Source: Pirellulaceae bacterium
Lineage (GTDB): Bacteria > Planctomycetota > Planctomycetia > Pirellulales > Pirellulaceae
Length of the DNA: 11,798 nucleotides
NCBI GenBank assembly: GCA_046583015.1
Contig: JAYGDG010000511.1
Location: forward strand, 1-11,798
Reading direction: 5' to 3'
Shown here: positions 7,238-11,798 of the stretch, piece by piece
Layout: every line of letters begins with the position of its first letter
How positions within the stretch are numbered: position 1 is the stretch's first letter
The notes under the pieces: model-generated
Seen by the model: the letters and a program-made list of their open reading frames with translations, nothing else
Databases searched by the model: none
What the model was told of the DNA's origin: nothing
Position numbers and translations under genes: made by a program

Positions 7238-7921
7238 TCAGGCTACCTCGTCCCATAACTGTTTAAAGTGCTGGGAAAAGAGGCCCTGCAATCGGCTGTC
7301 GTCGCTAACGATGATGTTCTCCTCGTTAAACTCGGCTGCGCTGCGCGTCCAGTTGTAGCTACCGGTCAAGACCCTAGAATCGTCAAAAATGGCATATTTG
7401 TGGTGCATATGATGCCGACTCCGGTCCCGTCGCACCGGCACTCCCAAACCCTCCAGGCGGCCGATGTCCGACCCGCGATCGAGCGACTTGTCATCATCGG
7501 TAATGATGCGAATGGTCACTTTGCGCAAATGCGCCTGCAGCATCTCCTCGACGATCCGGTTATCGGTGATCGTAAAGACACAGACGTCAACCTTCTTGCG
7601 CACCGTCCGAAACAGGCTCTTGATCTGCTGCAGGCAATCTTCTCCCGGACTGAAGTAGGCATCCGCGTCCGGCAATTCCAGCGGCGCGGGCTCCTTGAAA
7701 GCCTTGATCACGTCCTCTAGCCATTCGAGCACCTGGATTGCGTCCGGGCTGATCACCTCCTGGCGTGCCAGTTCAAAGGCTCGATGTTGTAGAAAGCCCA
7801 GCTTCTGGGCATCCCCCTGCTGTTCCTTCACCATGGCGGTGAGAATCTTCTTCTCGCCCCGTGAGACACGGGAATCGGAGAGGGTCCGTTTCAAGAGGTT
7901 ATCAATTTGTTCCGGTTTCAT
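7238..7921 (-). CDS. Single-HKD phospholipase-D-superfamily protein of the Nuc/Zucchini (PLD6)-like nuclease subfamily, 227 aa, with an ~90-aa N-terminal helical extension and no signal peptide.
   Basis: The HKD catalytic motif HMHHKYAIFDDSRVLTGSYNWTRSAAEFNEEN fits HxK(x4)D(x6)GSxN. It closely resembles the Zucchini/MitoPLD pattern as I recall it, HHKF-[AC]-[IV]-[IV]-D...[VI]LITGS-x-NWT. There is one HKD copy only, consistent with dimeric Nuc-type enzymes. The N terminus MKPEQIDNLLKRTLSDSRVSRGEKKILTAMVKEQ has no hydrophobic signal or TM segment. The start ATG overlaps the upstream transporter stop (ATGA at 7918-7921). Confidence 0.85.
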   Translation of the reverse strand: MKPEQIDNLLKRTLSDSRVSRGEKKILTAMVKEQQGDAQKLGFLQHRAFELARQEVISPDAIQVLEWLEDVIKAFKEPAPLELPDADAYFSPGEDCLQQIKSLFRTVRKKVDVCVFTITDNRIVEEMLQAHLRKVTIRIITDDDKSLDRGSDIGRLEGLGVPVRRDRSRHHMHHKYAIFDDSRVLTGSYNWTRSAAEFNEENIIVSDDSRLQGLFSQHFKQLWDEVA

Positions 7922-9660
7922 GTTGTCGTTTCCGTTAAACTCTCCGGGGGGAAGGACTTCTCAACCACAGCGCATCCAACGGCATCTCCAAACGTATTGA
8001 TAGCAGTTCGAAAACGGTCCAGCAGCCAGTCCACGACGAGAATACTGCCAATATATTCCGGCGGCAGGCCGACGGCATTCAAGACAATCAGCATCGTGAT
8101 CAAACCGGCTTCCGGAATACCAGCCGCACCGATCGCAGCCAGCGTGGCTGTGACGGCAATCACGACCATTTTCATCAGGCCCAGTTCAAATCCAGCTTCA
8201 ATCCCGGCTGGCGACGCCTGGTAAATCTGGGCGATAAAAACGGCTGCCACCGCTTCGTACAAAGCAGTCCCATCCATGTTGATGGTGGCACCGAGCGGTA
8301 AAACAAAATTCGTCGACTTCTTGGAAATCCCCGCGTTGGTGTGGGCACATTCCATCGTAACCGGCAGGGTGGCTGTCGAACTGGCCGTGGAAAAAGCCGT
8401 TAACAAGGCCTGCGACATATCACGCATAAACTGGTAAGGATTCTTGCGCGTGACGAACCAGTAAATCAGGGGCAAGGTGACCAGCGAATGAAACCCCAAT
8501 CCCAACAAGACACAAAACATGTACCAGCCAGTCTGTTGCAATGTCGCACTCAAATTACCCTCGGCAAACTCCGTCCCGAAACGCGAGGCAATCAGGCAGA
8601 AGATCCCCAGCGGGGCGAGTTTCATCAGCAGCAAGACGAACGCCATCAGGGCCGTATTGCCCTCTTCAATGAGCGTCGTCACGGTATCCACCCGGCGGCT
8701 AATGGTCGTCAGCATGCCGGCAAAAATGATGCTGAACACAATCAATGGCAACAACTGGGTTTCGACGGCCGAGGCAAACAGGTTGGAACTAAAGAGCATC
8801 AGGATCAAACCGCCAAAGAGGCCAATGACCCCGGTCTCCTCCACGGCTTCCGTCTCACCATCGAGTTGTGGAAAGAGTTTCGCTACTTTCTCTTTTTTTA
8901 GCCCCGATTCGTCGGAAAACGTTTCCAGCACTTGTTCTCGATCTTCGCCGGTGATCATCGTTGTCGCTTTCTCATCCAGGCTGGCATTTTCTCCTGGCTT
9001 GATCAGACTTACTACCAAAAGGCCTGCGGTGACCGCCAGCACCGTGGTGGCCAGGTAATAACTGACAGCTATCAAACCAGGCCGCCCCAGCTTGCGAACG
9101 TCCCCCAGGCCAAGAATGCCACTCATCACCGAGGCCATCACCAGCGGCACAACAACCATCGTGAGAGCTCGCAAGAAGACCTCTCCACCGATCCCGATCG
9201 CCTCGAAGACAGGGACCGCCGGATGAACCACCACCCCCAGGGCGGTCATGTTGACACTGAATTTTATTTCCGCAGCGCTGGCCAGCAGGATCCGATCGTG
9301 ATGAGCCTCTGCCTTTACCGAATCCCCCGTAACAGCGTTAATCGCCTCAGCAATCACAACGGCCATCTGTTGAGCGTTTCGCTTGCCATTGCTAATCCGA
9401 ATTTGATGGTAGTCCTTTTTAGCGGATTCCCTGTTGAACTCGAACTTGTAAAGCTTGCCATCCTTGTCCTTAATGGTGAACGTATGGCCATCGGTGAAAC
9501 GGCTTTCGTCTCCCTTGACCGCCACAGGCAACCCGTCAGCATCCGGTTCCGGAAGTACCCAGACCAGGACTACCGATGTCAGGATAGCCAGCACAATGGC
9601 CACGACCAGGTAGATGGTCTGGTGTCCCAATCCATGCTGAGAGGACTGGTTATTATTCAT
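7918..9660 (-). CDS. Dicarboxylate/amino-acid:cation symporter (DAACS; GltP/DctA/EAAT family), 580 aa. It carries a non-canonical ~125-aa N-terminal extension (an extra TM plus a soluble domain) and a long acidic insertion between TM3 and TM4.
   Basis: All family signatures are present. TM1-2 reads GGEVFLRALTMVVVPLVMASVMSGILGLGD...IAVSYYLATTVLAVTAGL. HP1 is AFSTASSTATLP, the serine-rich SSSxTLP motif. TM7 is PLGATINMDGTALYEAVAAVFIAQ (the NMDGT motif). HP2 is GAAGIPEAGLITMLIVL. TM8 is VVDWLLDRFRTAINTFGDAVG, the D-x3-DRxRT-x2-N-x2-GD motif. The extra N-terminal region is MNNNQSSQHGLGHQTIYLVVAIVLAILTSVVLVWVLPEPDADG...KDKDGKLYKFEFNRESAKKDYHQIRISNGKRNAQQ. A GGAG sequence lies about 11 nt upstream of the ATG. 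Confidence 0.9.
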   Translation of the reverse strand: MNNNQSSQHGLGHQTIYLVVAIVLAILTSVVLVWVLPEPDADGLPVAVKGDESRFTDGHTFTIKDKDGKLYKFEFNRESAKKDYHQIRISNGKRNAQQMAVVIAEAINAVTGDSVKAEAHHDRILLASAAEIKFSVNMTALGVVVHPAVPVFEAIGIGGEVFLRALTMVVVPLVMASVMSGILGLGDVRKLGRPGLIAVSYYLATTVLAVTAGLLVVSLIKPGENASLDEKATTMITGEDREQVLETFSDESGLKKEKVAKLFPQLDGETEAVEETGVIGLFGGLILMLFSSNLFASAVETQLLPLIVFSIIFAGMLTTISRRVDTVTTLIEEGNTALMAFVLLLMKLAPLGIFCLIASRFGTEFAEGNLSATLQQTGWYMFCVLLGLGFHSLVTLPLIYWFVTRKNPYQFMRDMSQALLTAFSTASSTATLPVTMECAHTNAGISKKSTNFVLPLGATINMDGTALYEAVAAVFIAQIYQASPAGIEAGFELGLMKMVVIAVTATLAAIGAAGIPEAGLITMLIVLNAVGLPPEYIGSILVVDWLLDRFRTAINTFGDAVGCAVVEKSFPPESLTETTT

Positions 9661-9850
9661 CTTTGGTAGCTCCAGCAGTGATCAACCTAAGAACAAAAAG
9701 AGGGGACCAGTGGCACTCATGGTAACCGATAGAAGTGAGGCGCAATTGTCTCACATTAGAGAGCCGATTCCAAGCAGCTACCTGGAACATCGAGAGGTTT
9801 AGCGCAGTCCCAGCGCTGGCGGCTACTGTTACCGAACAGTGGAACTGGCG
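9661..9850 (-). promoter_or_regulatory. A 190-bp intergenic region between the surface-protein stop and the transporter start. It is the probable terminator/promoter zone and contains short palindromes.
   Basis: It contains the 10-bp perfect palindrome ccagcgctgg (about 9807-9816) and the inverted repeat actgtt-accg-aacagt (about 9821-9836), both just downstream of the upstream gene's stop on the minus strand. Neither is followed by a U-tract. It also contains the inverted repeat gtgag-N10-ctcac (about 9735-9754). Confidence 0.25.
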
Positions 9851-11798
9851 TTAGCTATCGGTCGGAAAGATACCGGAGATCAGGCCATCAACAATATCGG
9901 TATCATCGCTGCCGTGCCGGGCATCGCTAATACCATCGACGACCTCGTCCAACCAGTCACCCCAATCATCGCCACCGTCGACTCCCGCTTGTGAGGCAAC
10001 CCGGGCCAATTGACCCAGGGGACTCGACAACCGTTGCCAGTCACTGGTAGCGGCTGGTTCGAATGTCGTTGCCGGACTTGCTGCACCACCGTCGTCGGAG
10101 GTCGATCTGCTGAGCTGGTTACGATCCAGCCTGCCCTGCTCAAAGTTACCGGGCAACGAACCATTGACGGCCGCTTGACGCGCTGCCGACTCCCCTTCGC
10201 CCTCGGCTTCACCTTCAGGGTTGGCACTGCTCAAGTTATCGTTGAGCCAGTTGATTACACCTAAGGCATCCGCGGAAGTCAGGAATCCATCCCCGGTCAC
10301 ATCGTAATACGGGGGCGGAACATCATTGGGATCGGTGGTGGGCAATAGTCCGTTGGTTGAATTGTAAGTACCAGCGTTGATGACATTGATATTGATGAGG
10401 GCATCGACTGGCGTGATTTCGCCACTATTGTCAACATCTTCGGCAACCGGTTTATTCTGCCAGGGAGTCGGATCTGTCAGGATCAACAGGTTAACCACGG
10501 CAATGTTCGACCAGGCACCATCTTCATCCTGAACCTGGTAGGAGAATGTATCAGTGGACTGAGGAGTGACTGATGCGGACGGCGTGTAAAGCACAGCACC
10601 CGTCACGGTCTGAACGATGGCGGTTCCGTTGGTGGGCGGTGTCGTCACGGTGACCGACGAGAGCACCAGTTCGTCGCCGTCAGGATCACTGTCGTTGCTC
10701 AGCACGTCAATGACGTTCACGGTATTCTGGTAAACTTCCAGCGTTTCCGTCCCGCTAACATTTGGATCTTGCACGGGGTCATCCACGGCCGTGGGCGGAT
10801 CATTCACGAGGATCACCACGGTAGCCGTACTGGTCGACCAGCCAAAATCGTCTTTGATGCGATAAGTAAACTGATCCGTTTCCGAGAAACTTGCATTAGG
10901 CGTGTAATCAACGTCGTTTCCATTCAAGGTCAGCAGAGTTCCATTGAAACCATCGCATCCCGGATCCGAGGTCCCGGTCGTCGCCAGCGTTCCGTCGTTC
11001 GGCCCAGCGATCAAACAAATCATGGTCATGGCACTGTCAACATCGACGTCGTTGGCAAGGATTGAAATCCCCGTAGTAACCGGTGCCAATGGCACCGCGA
11101 ACGAGTCATTTTGAGGAACTGGCAGATCGTTGATACCGGCAACGGTGATATAGACCGTCGCGTCGCTAGAACCACCGTTGATATCAGTGGCGGTGTAGGT
11201 AAAGGTATCGACAATGCTGCTACCCTGGCTCAAGGCCTGTAAGGCAGAGGCGTTGGTCGGATTGTAAGTGATACCACCACCCGCCGTGAGTGTCACTGCG
11301 GCACCCTGGGTGGTCGTACCTGTAAGTTGCGTAAGACCATTAACACCGGTGACACCGAAAGCATCGCCTTCAGGATCACTATCGTTGTTGAGCACGCCAG
11401 GTTCAGCAACGACATGCACGGTATCTTCGTTGACACCAACAAGGATGGAATCATCGACGGTTGTCGGTCCCTTGTTCACACCCTGTACCAGCACTTCCAC
11501 GGTCGCCGTGGCACTCAAACCAGAGTCATCCACCACGGAATAAGTAAACGAATCGGTCAAGTTCTGTCCGCCAACCAGGGCTATCAAGTCAGTTGCCGTT
11601 GCGACGGTCGGATCATATGTGAGGTCACCAGTCAGCGTCAGGATAACCTCGGCACCTCGTTGACTGAGCCCCGTAATCGAAGTCGCACCGATTGGGAACG
11701 AGGCTCCTTGAAGACCTGACAAGGTGACGTGATCGCCCAAGTCAGGGTCACTGTCGTTGGCCAGCAGCCCTGGGATGTTGCCCACCGGCGCCGTCAAG
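9851..11798 (-). CDS. C-terminal 648 aa of a large secreted/cell-surface protein whose N terminus lies beyond the window. It has tandem Ig-like/cadherin-like (VCBS-type) domains, a dockerin-type-I-like domain and an acidic low-complexity C-terminal tail.
   Basis: The reading frame is open from the window edge to the TAA at 9851-9853. Motifs recur at ~110-125-aa spacing: LLANDSDPDLGD, VLNNDSDPEGDAFGV, ILANDVDVDSAM, VLSNDSDPDGDELVL. Each sits in a T/V/S/G-rich beta-strand context with 'DTFTYTATD'-like motifs, typical of bacterial cadherin-like/VCBS Ig domains. The dockerin-like Ca-binding double repeat is DVDNSGEITPVDALININVI ... YDVTGDGFLTSADALGVINWLN. The tail is D/G/E/S-rich (GEAEGEGESAA...GVDGGDDWGDWLDEVVDG). 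Confidence 0.85.
   Translation of the reverse strand, partial: LTAPVGNIPGLLANDSDPDLGDHVTLSGLQGASFPIGATSITGLSQRGAEVILTLTGDLTYDPTVATATDLIALVGGQNLTDSFTYSVVDDSGLSATATVEVLVQGVNKGPTTVDDSILVGVNEDTVHVVAEPGVLNNDSDPEGDAFGVTGVNGLTQLTGTTTQGAAVTLTAGGGITYNPTNASALQALSQGSSIVDTFTYTATDINGGSSDATVYITVAGINDLPVPQNDSFAVPLAPVTTGISILANDVDVDSAMTMICLIAGPNDGTLATTGTSDPGCDGFNGTLLTLNGNDVDYTPNASFSETDQFTYRIKDDFGWSTSTATVVILVNDPPTAVDDPVQDPNVSGTETLEVYQNTVNVIDVLSNDSDPDGDELVLSSVTVTTPPTNGTAIVQTVTGAVLYTPSASVTPQSTDTFSYQVQDEDGAWSNIAVVNLLILTDPTPWQNKPVAEDVDNSGEITPVDALININVINAGTYNSTNGLLPTTDPNDVPPPYYDVTGDGFLTSADALGVINWLNDNLSSANPEGEAEGEGESAARQAAVNGSLPGNFEQGRLDRNQLSRSTSDDGGAASPATTFEPAATSDWQRLSSPLGQLARVASQAGVDGGDDWGDWLDEVVDGISDARHGSDDTDIVDGLISGIFPTDS
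10240..10440 (-). other. Dockerin-type-I-like domain (two DxDxDG-like Ca2+-binding segments, each followed by a DAL-x-hI-N helix) inside the surface-protein CDS.
   Basis: The minus-strand translation of 10381-10440 is EDVDNSGEITPVDALININV. The second repeat, YDVTGDGFLTSADALGVINWLN, follows about 35 aa later. The pattern D-h-[DN]-x-[DS]-G-x-h-[TS]-x-x-D-A-L-x-h-I-N matches the canonical dockerin repeat. Confidence 0.6.

Noticed and set aside
9718-9807. A 29-codon plus-strand ORF (MVTDRSEAQLSHIREPIPSSYLEHREV) in the 190-bp intergenic region.
   Set aside because: It has no RBS, no recognisable motif and is very short. It overlaps the palindromic elements that are more simply explained as transcript-end structures.
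1-11798. Search for CRISPR arrays, tRNA/rRNA genes, transposase/integrase genes or terminal inverted repeats.
   Set aside because: There are no regularly spaced direct repeats and no cloverleaf-like tRNA candidates in the three short spacers. All long ORFs translate to non-mobile functions. I found nothing to support a mobile element or RNA gene.

Overview
All six protein-coding genes I can support lie on the minus strand, transcribed from high to low coordinates, and fill the window; the plus-strand ORFs in the supplied track look like antisense shadows. I did not see rRNA, tRNA, CRISPR arrays, transposases or integrases.

Genes in transcription order:
- (a) 11798->9851: 3' part of a large secreted or cell-surface protein. 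It has tandem Ig/cadherin-like repeats (NDSDPDGD-type motifs), a dockerin-type-I-like double repeat and an acidic low-complexity tail. This architecture is typical of Planctomycetota.
- (b) 9660->7918: a DAACS/GltP-family Na+/H+:dicarboxylate or amino-acid symporter. HP1 (SSTATLP), NMDGTALY, HP2 (GIPEAGL) and TM8 (DWLLDRFRTAINTFGD) motifs are all present. It carries an atypical N-terminal extension.
- (c) 7921->7238: a single-HKD phospholipase-D-superfamily protein of the Nuc/Zucchini type (HHKYAIFDDSRVLTGSYNWTRSA). It overlaps the transporter stop by ATGA.
- (d) 7016->6402: an NfeD/YqiJ-like membrane protein.
- (e) 6378->4246: a 710-aa flotillin (SPFH/band-7, YqiK/FloT-like), 23 nt downstream of (d).
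- (f) 4136->1: a giant ORF of more than 1378 aa, open to the window edge and absent from the ORF track because it has no in-window stop. It has a beta-strand-rich N-terminal region, a long coiled-coil middle and a C-terminal MoxR/AAA_5-like P-loop ATPase (SPPGYGKTTL ... IYLDDIQHCNPEF).

The most interesting observation is the co-directional nfeD - flotillin - giant AAA+ ATPase arrangement, a candidate uncharacterised membrane-scaffold/ATPase system. Second is the translationally coupled transporter-PLD-nuclease pair. All homology statements rest on motif recognition by eye, not on database searches.
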